64,000 nucleotides of DNA from an uncultured Clostridia bacterium (GCA_947627595.1 CANQWQ010000006.1:5189-69188); one strand, 5' to 3'; shown: positions 31,860-42,830, counted from the stretch's first letter. Notes: generated from the sequence alone by a model not told the origin. Program-made: numbers and translations.

Positions 31860-32638
31860 ATGAAAAATAATAAACCTCTTGTACTTTCGATTCTGCTTGT
31901 CATATTACTACTTACAATATTGTGGTTCTTCTTAGGAGTAATAAAACCATTAGTAGCAAATATCCAAAATAAGAAAGATGAAATTAGAAAAGAAAGTACA
32001 ACAATAAATATAAATAAAGAAAATAATTTAGAAGAAATATTAAGTAACAAAAATAAAGAAAAAATAGATGATACAAAATTTGTAAACTTAGGAGAAGTAG
32101 TAGTAAATAATAGAACTCTAAAATATAAATGGCAGTATTATTATACAGATGAAAAAGAAAATAAAGTTTATTTCATATATGCAGGGTATCTAGAAGAAAA
32201 CGCAGTACCAAAGGATAATTGGAACGACTTCTCTAAAGCTATAGTAACCTCATTACAGGAAAAAGGAATAGAAGCAAAAGTAGAAGTAAAAGGAGCCCCA
32301 ACAGTAGAAGACCTTAAAGAAGCATATAACGAACGATATGAAGAAAAGTTAGAAATAGTAGGTAACGAAGAAGAACGGCTATAGCTATAAAATAGGAAAT
32401 AAAGAAGATAGTTCTTTGGATGTAAAAAACTTGGAAGTCTATAATAATAAAGTTTTCTTTCCCAAAACAAAAATAGAAGATTGCTATGGATATTGGCTAG
32501 CATCACCTTCAAAAATAAGTAATAATAGCGTGTGTAGCGTAAATGTAAATGGAATATTTTCTCGGAATATATTATGCAAGTAGCCATATCGGACTAAGAC
32601 CAGTAGTATCAGTAGAACTTGTAGATAATAAAACATAA
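31860..32638 (+). CDS. membrane-anchored surface protein, joined by two +1 shifts at CGG 32376 and 32563 (258 aa)
   Basis: Joined product recovers YWLASPS..GLRPVV C-terminal motif and fills the gap to the next gene. Confidence 0.75.
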
Positions 32639-32657
32639 ATAAAAGGTAAAGAAAAAT

Positions 32658-33506
32658 ATGAGAAATAATAAAGGTGTAACATTAGTTGCGTTACTTGCAA
32701 CTATAATGATTATGATTATCTTGGGAGCATTAACAATACCTGCAAGTATAAGAGCATATAAACAAATGAAGTTCGAATCTTCAAAAGCAGAGATAGAAGA
32801 AATGCAGGCAAAAGTAGATGAAATATCAAGAGATTATGAGACTTATCTTGTAGAAACAAAAGATGAAATAAATAAAAGTACATATAAAGAGTATTTCCAA
32901 GATAGATATGACGCATATTTTGATACTATAAAAGAAATGGGAGAGAAAAGTGAAAAACTTAAAAGCTTAATAGAGAAGTATCCAAATTTGGAAACAAGTG
33001 ATAATGCATTCTATTTTACAACTATGAATATAAATAAGTATTTTAACTTAAAAGGAATAAATGACGTGGTAGTAGACTTTAATACAAGAACAGTCTATTC
33101 TGCTAATGGAATAAAAGATCCTATAACTTATGAAACTTATTATGAACTGTCAGAATTGGAAGAAAGTAGTAAAGTAGAACATAAAGAACAAGAAGATAAA
33201 AACAACATATTCAGCGTAAAACAAGTAAGTAAATATTATGATAATGATTTCTTGGTAGTAGATTTAGAGCTTTCTATAAATAAACAAGTAAAAGATGTGC
33301 AAGAAGTACAACTAAGTAAAGATGAGTTCTTAACAATAGAAGAAGTAAGAAATAAAAGAGTAGTAGAGTGCAGTAGAGATTTTACTAGAATAAGAATAAC
33401 AGTAAGAACAGAAGTAGAAGAAGAAAAGACAGAAGAAAGATATAGATTTAAAGTAATAACACTGTCAAAAGAAATATATGAGTCAGAAGAAATAGAAATA
33501 AAGTAA
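32658..33506 (+). CDS. type IV pilin-like protein
   Basis: Class III signal KG-VTLVALLATIMIMIIL. Confidence 0.75.
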   Translation: MRNNKGVTLVALLATIMIMIILGALTIPASIRAYKQMKFESSKAEIEEMQAKVDEISRDYETYLVETKDEINKSTYKEYFQDRYDAYFDTIKEMGEKSEKLKSLIEKYPNLETSDNAFYFTTMNINKYFNLKGINDVVVDFNTRTVYSANGIKDPITYETYYELSELEESSKVEHKEQEDKNNIFSVKQVSKYYDNDFLVVDLELSINKQVKDVQEVQLSKDEFLTIEEVRNKRVVECSRDFTRIRITVRTEVEEEKTEERYRFKVITLSKEIYESEEIEIK

Positions 33507-33532
33507 AATTTAAATATAAAGGAGAGTAACAA

Positions 33533-33946
<414 letters not shown>

Positions 33947-33981
33947 TAAATACAAAAAAGATAAAGGAGAGAAGAAAACAA

Positions 33982-35326
33982 ATGAAAAATAAAGACGGAA
34001 TAACTTTAATTGTTCTTATAATTACAATTATTGCCTTAATAATCTTAGCAGGTGTGTCTATTTCACTTGCAATAGGTGAGAACGGAGTAATATCAAGAGC
34101 AATAAAAACAAGAGAAAAGGCACTGTATGTAACTGAAAAAGAATATTTAGAGCTAAATGTAGCATCAGTGCAATTAAATAATCGTAAAGAAAATATTAGT
34201 TCTGCAAAACTTGGAGAAGAATTAAATACAAGAAACTTAGCCCATTCATATAATTGGCATATAATAAAAGTAAATGATAATATTTATGAAACTGGTTGGT
34301 ATTATTTAGGAAAGGGAACAGATTTGCAAGACTATGGCAAAACAAAATATAATTGGTTAATAAATTATGAAACTGGAGAGATAATAGAATTAAAAGAAGA
34401 TGATTACATATCATTATCAGTAGGAGATATGTTAGCAGTAAAAGATAGTTTAATAATAAATGTAGATTCATCTATAATTGATGAAAGTATAGGAAGTGAT
34501 GAAGAGGCTTTAGAAAAACAGCTTGGAGAAGGTGTAGATTTAAAAAATTTTGACTATAATGAAAAAAGTGGATTAACAAGTACATCATTTAATTTTGACG
34601 GAATAGATGATTATATACAAGTAGAATATAGCAATAAAAAACAAAAAGAAGCACTTATAAATAATGGGTTTACATTTGAATATTATGGAACTATGAGTGG
34701 AGGTACATCATATAAGAACCCAGGATTCGGAGGTGATTTTGAAAAATATACACATTATAAAGGTCTATTTTGCTTTTGGAATGGTGATGACAAGTTTCAA
34801 GCAGATTTAAGATTTGGGTTAGCTCGGAGATGGAAATACTATAAGGTGGAATGCTGGTATTCCAGCTGATACTCCTAGAAGAGAAGCATTATCAGATTTG
34901 AGTTCTCGTGAAAATGAAACTGCAAGTGCTACGGGATTTCGTTGGAACCAGGACTATGGTGAAACATTGAACTTATATGATGGAAAACCTCATTATATTG
35001 TTGTGGCGCTAGATACAACTAAAGTTTGGAAAAGTGAAAATGATGAAAATTATTATAAACTTACCATTCATCTAGATGGTGAAAAGAAAATTGATGCAAG
35101 ATATAATGTAAAAAATTGGGAAGTTTTTAAGGAAAAAATAGAAGCAAATAATGATAGATATTTCATAATTGGAAAATCAACCCAGACAAATCCTAATTCG
35201 TGGCATTATTCTGCTTTAAATGCCTATTGTTTTAGATTGTATCATAGAGCATTAACTGATGATGAAGTACGAAAAAATTATGATAAAGCAGTTGCATATC
35301 ATGATTTATTAAACAAAGGATTCTAA
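33982..35326 (+). CDS. pilin-like protein with LamG-like domain, joined by +1 shift at CGG 34825-34827 (447 aa)
   Basis: DG-ITLIVLIITII signal; FDGIDDYI and FTFE before the shift, IHLDG and FRLYHRALTDDEV after it. Confidence 0.8.
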
Positions 35327-35491
35327 CTCCTTCATTTTCTATAAAAATAATTGAGTATTATTAAAAAAAGTAGAGACTATAGAAAAATTTTCCCATTTTT
35401 GTCAAATTTGCAATACGTTAGAAAGACATGGTATAATATAAGTGTATTGAGTAAATACATAACTAAAGAAATGAAAAGGAGATTTACGATT

Positions 35492-35884
35492 ATGGGATTT
35501 ATAGATAGAGTAAAAGGTTTATTTGGAATTGAAACAGAAGAACAAAAAAGAGCTAGAGAAGAACAAGCTAGAAATGAACAATGGGAGAAATCAAGTACTA
35601 TTTCATCAGTTATAGAATTATCAAGAAGATTAAGTCAAATTAATAGTTTTGATAATGATACTAGATATTCAAGAATGAGCTCTTACGAACTTGATAGAAT
35701 GAGTTTAGATGATTTAAGAAAATTAAAAGATAGTTTAACAAGAAAAGTTGGTTTTGAAAAAGCTAAACAACAAGATTATATGAGAAGAAGTGAAGCACTT
35801 CAAGCTGCTAAATGGACTGGAGAGAAACCAGCTGGAATGTCAGACCACGACTTTGATAGATGGCAAAATGATGATGGAAGATAA
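35492..35884 (+). CDS. hypothetical protein, N-term MGFIDRVK, C-term NDDGR
   Basis: AGGAG RBS before ATG 35492; TGGTATAAT promoter. Confidence 0.7.
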   Translation: MGFIDRVKGLFGIETEEQKRAREEQARNEQWEKSSTISSVIELSRRLSQINSFDNDTRYSRMSSYELDRMSLDDLRKLKDSLTRKVGFEKAKQQDYMRRSEALQAAKWTGEKPAGMSDHDFDRWQNDDGR

Positions 35885-35893
35885 TTAATTTTT

Positions 35894-35939
35894 AAAAATG
35901 GGAAATGGGGACAGTACACAGTCCCCTTTTCCCATTTTT
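35894..35939. repeat. REP-like palindrome copy 2 (expanded loop)
   Basis: ATGGGAAATGGGGACAGTACACAGTCCCCTTTTCCCAT. Confidence 0.8.
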
Positions 35940-36027
35940 GTTTTTTAGACTTTTAAAAAATATTGAAACTTGCTAGAAAATAATATATACTGTTTAATAT
36001 GAAATTTAGTTGTGAAAAGGAGATTTT

Positions 36028-37275
36028 ATGAGGAGAATTGATTTTTTGGTAATAGGTGTAATATTAATAGTGATTGTAATAGCGGTTTTTGTAAAATCAG
36101 ATATGGATAATACTATTAAAAATAACAATAGTAATATTCCTAAAAATATTAATCCAATTGACTCAGATTTTGCATTTACTTTTTTGAAAATGGAAAATGA
36201 CAAAGAGAATATGATTTATAGTCCGTTATCTATTAAATATGCTTTACAAATGCTAAATCAAGGTGCAAACGGAAACACAAAAGCCCAAATTGAAAGTGTA
36301 ATCGGAGATGAAAGTTTAACAAAATATGAAGATATAAAAGATATATTATCACTAGCAAATGCTGTTTATATCAGAGATACATATTCAGAATATGTAAAAG
36401 ATGAATATAAAAATATTTTGTTTGATAGATATAATGCAGAAATTAAATATGATCCTTTTGAAAGTGCTGAAAATATTAATAATTGGATTGAAGATAAAAC
36501 ATTCGGACAAATTAAAAATATGTTAAGTGATGAATTAGTAACAGATCCAAATAATGAGATGTTTTTAATAAACGCATTAGCTATTGATATGGAATGGAAA
36601 GAAAAATTTGAAGCAGAAAAAACTCATGGAAATACATTTTATTTAGAAAATGGCGACAAAATGACTGCTACAACTATGAATAAAGAGACTAAAAGTGATA
36701 ATGTTTCATATTACAAAGATGACAAAATTACAGCGATTTCAATGGATTTAAAAGAATATGATAATGAGCAAATGGAATTTATTGCAATTATGCCAGAAAA
36801 AAATTTACCAAACTATATAAAAATGCTTAAAAGTGATGACTTAAACAATATATCAAACAACTTAATATCAGCTTCTGATACTAAAAACGGCTTAAATGTT
36901 TCTATACCAAGATTTTCATTTGATTATAGTTTAAAATTAAAAGAAGATTTAAAAGGTTTAGGAATTAAAGATGCGTTTGATGATGAATTAGCTGACTTTT
37001 CAAATATGTCAAGTAGAGAGCTTTTTGTAGGTGGAGCTTTACACAAAGCTAATATAGATTTTACAGAAGATGGCGTTAAAGCAGCAGCTGCAACAGTTAT
37101 TTATATGACAGATAAAGCTGCAATTATGGAAAAAGAAAGACCTGTTGAAGTTAAGATAGATAAACCATTTATGTATTTAATAAAAGATAAAAATTCAGGT
37201 GAAGTTTGGTTTGTGGGAGCTGTTTATGAACCAAATTCTTGGGAAGAAGATAAAGTAAATTATGAATATAGATAG
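36028..37275 (+). CDS. membrane-anchored or secreted serpin
   Basis: YSPLSI, INNWI..KT.G.I, hinge EDGVKAAAAT, DKPF. Confidence 0.92.
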   Translation: MRRIDFLVIGVILIVIVIAVFVKSDMDNTIKNNNSNIPKNINPIDSDFAFTFLKMENDKENMIYSPLSIKYALQMLNQGANGNTKAQIESVIGDESLTKYEDIKDILSLANAVYIRDTYSEYVKDEYKNILFDRYNAEIKYDPFESAENINNWIEDKTFGQIKNMLSDELVTDPNNEMFLINALAIDMEWKEKFEAEKTHGNTFYLENGDKMTATTMNKETKSDNVSYYKDDKITAISMDLKEYDNEQMEFIAIMPEKNLPNYIKMLKSDDLNNISNNLISASDTKNGLNVSIPRFSFDYSLKLKEDLKGLGIKDAFDDELADFSNMSSRELFVGGALHKANIDFTEDGVKAAAATVIYMTDKAAIMEKERPVEVKIDKPFMYLIKDKNSGEVWFVGAVYEPNSWEEDKVNYEYR

Positions 37276-37284
37276 AGGCTAAAA

Positions 37285-38337
37285 ATGACTATTGAAGAGG
37301 AATTATTTAAAAAAGCAAAAGTCGATTTTGATAAAGTTTCTAAATATGGCTTTAAGAAACAAAAATCTTTGTATAAATATTCAAAAAATATTATGAATGA
37401 TACTTTTAGAGTGGATGTTGAAATAAATGATGATGGAAGAGTTAAAGGTAAAGTTTATGATTTAGCTTTTGGTGATGAATATACGAATTTTCGTATAGAA
37501 GATAGTGAGGGTTCTTTCGTAGGGCAAGTTAGAGACGAATTTAAAAGCTTGCTAGAAGATATTAGAGAAAATTGTTTTACTAAAAAAGAGTTTTTATATG
37601 ATCAAACAAATAGAATAGTAAAGTTAATAAGAGAAAAATATGAAGACAAACCAGAATTTGAATGGGAAAAATTTCCAACAGATGCTATTTTTAGAAATAA
37701 AGACAGCCGAAAATGGTATGGATTAATTATGAAAATTGACAAAAGTAAATTAGTCGAAACAGCTACAGGCGAGATTGAAGTAATTAATATGAAACTAGAT
37801 CCGGGCGAAATAGAAGATTTGCTAAAACAGGACGGGTTTTATCCTGCATATCATATGAATAAGAAAAGTTGGATTACAATTATATTAGATGATACAGTAT
37901 CAGACGAGAAAATTATGAGCTTGATTGAAGAAAGCTATTCATATACGGTTAAAAATAAAGTTGGTAGTAAAAATGAATGGTTGGTACCTGCAAATCCAGG
38001 ATATTTTGATATTGATAAAGCATTAAAAAAGAGTAATATAATGATGTGGAAACAAACTACAGATATTAGAGTAAATGACATTGTTTATATTTATGTTGGA
38101 AAGCCTTATTCATCAATTATGTATAAATTTAAAGTAATAGAAGTAAATATTCCTTATGAATATAAAGACAAAAATTTGAAAATGCAAAAAGTTATGAAAA
38201 TTGATTTATTAAAAAGATATGAGAAGGGGAAATTATCATTTGATAAATTAAAAGAATGCGGGGTTAATGCGATTAGAAGTCAAAGATATGTACCAGTTGC
38301 TTTAAGTGAATATATAAACAAAATTGATAAACACTAG
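37285..38337 (+). CDS. MmcQ/YjbR family protein with C-terminal EVE-like domain
   Basis: KWYGLIM, PAYHMNKKSWI; WLVPANP..DIVYIY. Confidence 0.85.
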   Translation: MTIEEELFKKAKVDFDKVSKYGFKKQKSLYKYSKNIMNDTFRVDVEINDDGRVKGKVYDLAFGDEYTNFRIEDSEGSFVGQVRDEFKSLLEDIRENCFTKKEFLYDQTNRIVKLIREKYEDKPEFEWEKFPTDAIFRNKDSRKWYGLIMKIDKSKLVETATGEIEVINMKLDPGEIEDLLKQDGFYPAYHMNKKSWITIILDDTVSDEKIMSLIEESYSYTVKNKVGSKNEWLVPANPGYFDIDKALKKSNIMMWKQTTDIRVNDIVYIYVGKPYSSIMYKFKVIEVNIPYEYKDKNLKMQKVMKIDLLKRYEKGKLSFDKLKECGVNAIRSQRYVPVALSEYINKIDKH

Positions 38338-38435
38338 ATTTTATGGTATAATCAAGGGTATGAGTAGGAATTCCCCTACGAAGCGTCCTTTTAGGGCGGA
38401 AATTTTATGCCATAAAATGGCAGGAGGAAAGACAA

Positions 38436-38627
38436 ATGAGGCGGTTCTTATGGAAAATGGCTGCTGGTACGGCGATGCTACTGTTAGTTTTGGCGCTACT
38501 TTCTCCAGCGATGCTCTGTGAGCACTTCTTAAACCTCGGCGATTTGGCAATCCTTTTAGTGTACATAGTGAACATTGCCATTGTCATGGCTGTACTGGTT
38601 TTCTTGCAAAAGAAAATCAAGAACTGA
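38436..38627 (+). CDS. small 2-TM membrane protein, GC-richer orphan
   Basis: AGGAGG RBS, TGGTATAAT promoter, strong hairpin at 38629-38660. Confidence 0.55.
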   Translation: MRRFLWKMAAGTAMLLLVLALLSPAMLCEHFLNLGDLAILLVYIVNIAIVMAVLVFLQKKIKN

Positions 38628-38702
38628 CGAAATCGGGTGGGCTTAGGCTCACCCGATTTCATGTTTTTGAGTTGCTAATTATTAAATTTTGTGATATAAA
38701 AA

Positions 38703-38731
38703 TGGGAAAAGGGGACTGTCCCCTTTTCCCA
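38703..38731. repeat. REP-like palindrome copy 3
   Basis: TGGGAAAAGGGGACTGTCCCCTTTTCCCA. Confidence 0.85.
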
Positions 38732-38746
38732 AAATTGGAGAGAGAT

Positions 38747-39289
38747 ATGATTGTTAGGTGTAAGTGGTGTAATTTAAAAAATCAAAAGTATGTTGAATAT
38801 CATGATAATGAGTGGTGTAAGCCTAATTTTGATGAAAAATATTTATATGAAATGCTGATATTAGAGTCTTTTCAAGCCGGACTTTCTTGGGAATGCATAT
38901 TAAACAAAAGAGAAAGTTTTAGAGAAGCTTTTGATAATTTTGACATAGATAAAATTTGTTGTTATGATGAAGGAAAAATAAATGAGTTAATGATAAACGA
39001 AAAAATCGTAAGAAATAAGTTAAAAATTAATGCTACCATAAATAACAGTAAGATTTTTAAGAAAATTCAAGAAGAATTTGGCTCATTTTACAATTATTTA
39101 AAAAGATTTACTAATGATAAAATAATTTATGAAACAGATAAAACGACAAATGAATTATCAGATAACTTATCAAAAGATTTGCAAAAAAGAGGAATGAAAT
39201 TTGTAGGAAGCACTATTATATATTCTTATTTACAAGCAATTGGAGTTATTAATTCTCACGAAAGAGAGTGTTTTTTATATAAAAATTAA
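38747..39289 (+). CDS. tag: DNA-3-methyladenine glycosylase I
   Basis: RC.W..YHDNEW, ESFQAGLSW..ILNKR, FVG.T..YSYLQA.G..N.H...C. Confidence 0.93.
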   Translation: MIVRCKWCNLKNQKYVEYHDNEWCKPNFDEKYLYEMLILESFQAGLSWECILNKRESFREAFDNFDIDKICCYDEGKINELMINEKIVRNKLKINATINNSKIFKKIQEEFGSFYNYLKRFTNDKIIYETDKTTNELSDNLSKDLQKRGMKFVGSTIIYSYLQAIGVINSHERECFLYKN

Positions 39290-39299
39290 GGAGGACAAT

Positions 39300-39710
39300 A
39301 TGAAAATTTTAATTATTTGTAGCAAAGCTTTTTATGATAATATTGAACCAATAAAAGCAAAATTAGAAGAAATGGGTCATACAATTGAATTACCAAATTC
39401 TTATTATGAACCAGATGCAGAAAAGAAAAGCTGGAATTTAGGAGAAAAAGAACATGCAGAATTTAAAGCAAGAATGTTTAGAATGAGTAAAGAAAGAATT
39501 GCTACTATGGATGCAGTTTTAACTTTAAATTTTGACAAAAATGGAAAGAAAAATTATATCGGTGGTGCAACTTTTATCGAGTTATATGAAGCATTTATGG
39601 AAAACAAAAAAATCTTTTTATATAACGATATTCCTGAAGGTATGCTATTTGATGAGATTTCAGGATTTTCTCCAATAGTAATAAATGGAAATTTAGATTT
39701 AGTAAAATAA
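39300..39710 (+). CDS. hypothetical protein, possibly nucleoside deoxyribosyltransferase-like fold
   Basis: KILIICSK..DAVLTLN..YIGGATFIELYEAF; GGAGG RBS. Confidence 0.5.
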   Translation: MKILIICSKAFYDNIEPIKAKLEEMGHTIELPNSYYEPDAEKKSWNLGEKEHAEFKARMFRMSKERIATMDAVLTLNFDKNGKKNYIGGATFIELYEAFMENKKIFLYNDIPEGMLFDEISGFSPIVINGNLDLVK

Positions 39711-39735
39711 GACTAGAGTTTAACTCTAGTCTTTT
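39709..39735. terminator. bidirectional terminator immediately after the RT stop
   Basis: AAGACTAGAGTT-T-AACTCTAGTCTT hairpin with flanking A/T runs. Confidence 0.75.
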
Positions 39736-39736
39736 A

Positions 39737-41866
39737 TTATAGTTCATATCTTCTTTCAAAATCTTTTAAAAATTCATTTAATTCAATTATAGCTTTTAGA
39801 GGTAAATTCTCTAATTTAGCTTTATCAAACCACTTTGGGCTTTCAAAAAGATTGTTATTTTTAAATTTTTGGAAAGAAAGTTTTTGCTTTTTCATATCAA
39901 TTGTTGTAAGCTCATAATTCTGACTTGTCCAACTATAGGCTATATAGCCTGAGTCAGAAAAATATTTTTTGCTAACATAAGCTTGATTTGGAAGCTTAAA
40001 ACCTAAGATTTCTTCAATATTTTTGAAAGTTAAAACTATATTTTTCTTTTTTGATTTTGAAAAATAATCTTTCAATTTATCAAATTTTTTCGGCTGTTTT
40101 TTCTTTTTAACAGTCTCAATATCTTGAAGCTCATTAATTATATCCATTGTATTTTTAGGAGTTAAAGTTCCCAATTCTCCATATGCATAAACAAGCTCAG
40201 AATCTTCACAAAAAGAATGAATATACATCATATTATTAATAGTTTTATCTTTAGATAATTTCTTGAAAATAACTTTTTTCTCCTCAAAATCTTGTATAGG
40301 CTTTCCACAAATTTCGCATTTTCCGTTTTGCCTGTGCCAAAGTTGTTTAAATCTTCCAGTTATATTTTCGACTTCTGTGTTATTTTCAATTTCTTTAAAA
40401 TAGTCATTGTCAGTATAATAGTTTTTCTTAGTGTCGATTTCTTTAGATTTTATTAGTATTACATCAACAAGGTTGAGAATTCTGCAACTTCTGTCAGACG
40501 CTAATGCAAAATTATATCTTCCATCAGCAGCTTTCCAATAAAATCTATTTATAATTTGTTTTTTTGTTAATGTAGGAAATATTTTTTTCATGAGTTTCAA
40601 AACTACTGCAGATACAAAAGAATCGATTTCAGCAAAAGCATCTTTAGCCTCTGTAATTCTGTGATAAGAGGCCCAACCGTTTAGTTTTTGATTTATCTCA
40701 AAAACCAGTTTTCTTGGTGTCCACTTTTTATTAGGATCAAAAAGCATTTCTCTTAAGTTTTCTCTAAACAAATCTTTTGATTTTTTAGAAGGTACGCAAT
40801 GCACAATACCACCTTTTTTATAGTAAGTTCTTGAAAGAAAAGTGAATTGTTCTCCTAAATTTAAATTGAAAATTTTAGTTTTTGAAAGTGAAAGTTTTAA
40901 TCCTCTTTCTTCCAAAAAATCATTTATTATTTCTCTAAAATTCATTGCATCTTGCTTGCTTCTAGCCAAAACTATCATATCATCAGCATATCTAATGCAC
41001 CAGCCATTTTTATAATCTTTGATAGTTTCTCCTTGCAAACTATATAAACGCGTTTGAATCCCATCTAACACCATATTTCCAAGTATTGGTGAAATTGAGC
41101 AACCAAGAGAAATTCCAGTTTCTGTTGGAAATAGTTCTCCATTTTCAAACACGATTCCTGCTTTTAAAAATTGACTTAATACATTTCTGTCCATTGGAAT
41201 ATTGTGCAAAAGCCAGTCGTGGTTGATACTTCCATAATAAGATTCTACATCAACTTCTAAAACCCAACATTCGCTTTCGAAGCTGTTTAGAGTATTTATT
41301 AAATGTGCGTGTGCATTAAAAGTTGATCTTCCTTTTCTAAAACCAAATGATTTATAGTCAGCCCAAACTTCTGAAATAGGGTCAAGCGCTAGTGTGTATA
41401 AATAGTGCATTGCTCTATCACGCAAAGTTGGAACACCAATAGTTCTTTCTTTTCCAGTTTTTTTATCAATTAATACGAAATTTCGTAATGGTGTTGCTTC
41501 ATAATCTTTATCGTTTAAGAAGATTGCAGCCCTCATTTTTTCTGAACTAGTTCTCCAACGAACTCTATCAATTCCAGCAGAATTGCAGTTTTCAGAGACT
41601 TTTTTTACTGCTAACATTTTTGCTTCAACTGAATTTGTGATTTTAGTTTGGACATAATTTATATCTTCTAAATTTCTACTTTTAGCAACTTCGGCTAACT
41701 GACATTGTAGGTTAAATATATATTTTTCGGCGTTTTTCCAATCAAATTCATTCCACAATTTTGAAAGATATTCTTTAGGAAATTCTATATTATTTTTGAA
41801 AAATGCTTTATCGTAAATTTTATTTCTTTGTTTATTGATATATCTTATTTTTACATTAGAATCCAT
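39737..41866 (-). CDS. group II intron-like reverse transcriptase without intron RNA (RVT_N, RT, maturase/thumb, degenerate HNH, extra C-terminal domain)
   Basis: SAGID, R.IGVPT.RDR, SFGFR.GRS, YADD, NQKLNGWASYHR, RQNGKCEICG..H..C. Confidence 0.9.
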   Translation of the reverse strand: MDSNVKIRYINKQRNKIYDKAFFKNNIEFPKEYLSKLWNEFDWKNAEKYIFNLQCQLAEVAKSRNLEDINYVQTKITNSVEAKMLAVKKVSENCNSAGIDRVRWRTSSEKMRAAIFLNDKDYEATPLRNFVLIDKKTGKERTIGVPTLRDRAMHYLYTLALDPISEVWADYKSFGFRKGRSTFNAHAHLINTLNSFESECWVLEVDVESYYGSINHDWLLHNIPMDRNVLSQFLKAGIVFENGELFPTETGISLGCSISPILGNMVLDGIQTRLYSLQGETIKDYKNGWCIRYADDMIVLARSKQDAMNFREIINDFLEERGLKLSLSKTKIFNLNLGEQFTFLSRTYYKKGGIVHCVPSKKSKDLFRENLREMLFDPNKKWTPRKLVFEINQKLNGWASYHRITEAKDAFAEIDSFVSAVVLKLMKKIFPTLTKKQIINRFYWKAADGRYNFALASDRSCRILNLVDVILIKSKEIDTKKNYYTDNDYFKEIENNTEVENITGRFKQLWHRQNGKCEICGKPIQDFEEKKVIFKKLSKDKTINNMMYIHSFCEDSELVYAYGELGTLTPKNTMDIINELQDIETVKKKKQPKKFDKLKDYFSKSKKKNIVLTFKNIEEILGFKLPNQAYVSKKYFSDSGYIAYSWTSQNYELTTIDMKKQKLSFQKFKNNNLFESPKWFDKAKLENLPLKAIIELNEFLKDFERRYEL

Positions 41867-41868
41867 AA

Positions 41869-42654
41869 TTAATCCTCCAATTTCAACTCAAGCTCAATAG
41901 GGCAGTGGTCACTTCCTTTTACATTAGTTAGAATGTCTGCTTTTCTTATACTTTTTCGTAATTCTTCTGATATCAAAAAATAATCTAATCTCCAACCAAT
42001 GTCATTTTTTCTATCTTCGCTATTGTGAAGCCACCAAGTATATTTTTGACTCTGTGGGTGAAAATATCTAAAACTGTCAATTAGGCCAATTTCTAAGAGT
42101 TCTTTAAAATTGTTTTTCTCCTCATCAGAAAATTCTTTTAGTGCATTTTTGTTAGAATTTGACTCTCTATAATTTTTGCAAACATCAATATTTTGATATG
42201 CAATATTAAAATCACCACAAACAATCACATTTTTCTCCGAGTTTAATTTGTTAATATGTTCTCTAAAACAATCATCAAATTTAAGTCTATAATTTAATCG
42301 ATCTACACCAGTTTTGGTATTTGGAATATAGCAATTGACCAAGAAAAAATCCGAATATTCTAAAGTTATTACTCTTCCTTCTTTGTCAAAATTTTCTTGA
42401 TACTCATCTTCAATTCCATAAGTAACTTTTAAAGGTTTTTCTTTGCAAAAAATAGCAGTTCCAGCATATCCACCTTTTACGGTAGAACAATGCCAAAACT
42501 GCTCGTAATTATTGATATCAATTTTAATTTTCCTGCTTAGCCTTATTTCTTGAAGACAGTAAAAATCAGCATGAACGGTATTGAAAAGCCTATCGAACTC
42601 TCCACTTTCTAAGCAAGACCTTATTCCATTAACATTCCACGAAATAAACCTCAT
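41869..42654 (-). CDS. xth: exodeoxyribonuclease III family AP endonuclease
   Basis: SWNVNGIR, CLQE, GY.G, EGRVI, CGDFNIA, DSFR, YTWW, GWRLDYF, SDHCP. Confidence 0.93.
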   Translation of the reverse strand: MRFISWNVNGIRSCLESGEFDRLFNTVHADFYCLQEIRLSRKIKIDINNYEQFWHCSTVKGGYAGTAIFCKEKPLKVTYGIEDEYQENFDKEGRVITLEYSDFFLVNCYIPNTKTGVDRLNYRLKFDDCFREHINKLNSEKNVIVCGDFNIAYQNIDVCKNYRESNSNKNALKEFSDEEKNNFKELLEIGLIDSFRYFHPQSQKYTWWLHNSEDRKNDIGWRLDYFLISEELRKSIRKADILTNVKGSDHCPIELELKLED

Positions 42655-42698
42655 ACTGTTCCTCCTAAATATCTGCTGTGTAGATACTATTTGAGTTA

Positions 42699-42727
42699 AG
42701 TATATAAATATACGTAAAAAATGTCAA
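42699..42727 (-). promoter_or_regulatory. sigma-A promoter of the xth-RT operon
   Basis: TTGACA, 17-bp spacer, TATACT on the minus strand. Confidence 0.7.
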
Positions 42728-42830
42728 GAGGTATATTTTGATAAATATTAAACAGTTTTTTTATTGAAAAAAGTTTTCCTATAGAATATAATTATAGCAA
42801 ATATGTTTTAAGGAGGAAAAGCCTTATTTA

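Noticed and set aside
32168..32587. Minus-strand 139-aa ORF filling the gap after 31860-32384
   Set aside because: The gap is better explained by the +1 continuation of the plus-strand gene.
34826..34897. AGG as a second shifty codon
   Set aside because: In-frame AGG here and in the ECF gene at 62979 is read through with the frame open.
38324..38662. Alternative ORFs 38324-38521, 38341-38550 and 38405-38662
   Set aside because: Only 38436-38627 has a promoter, RBS and terminator in register.
39737..41866. Complete group II intron, retron or DGR
   Set aside because: RT is flanked directly by xth and a terminator; no domain V/VI, msr-msd or TR/VR pair seen.
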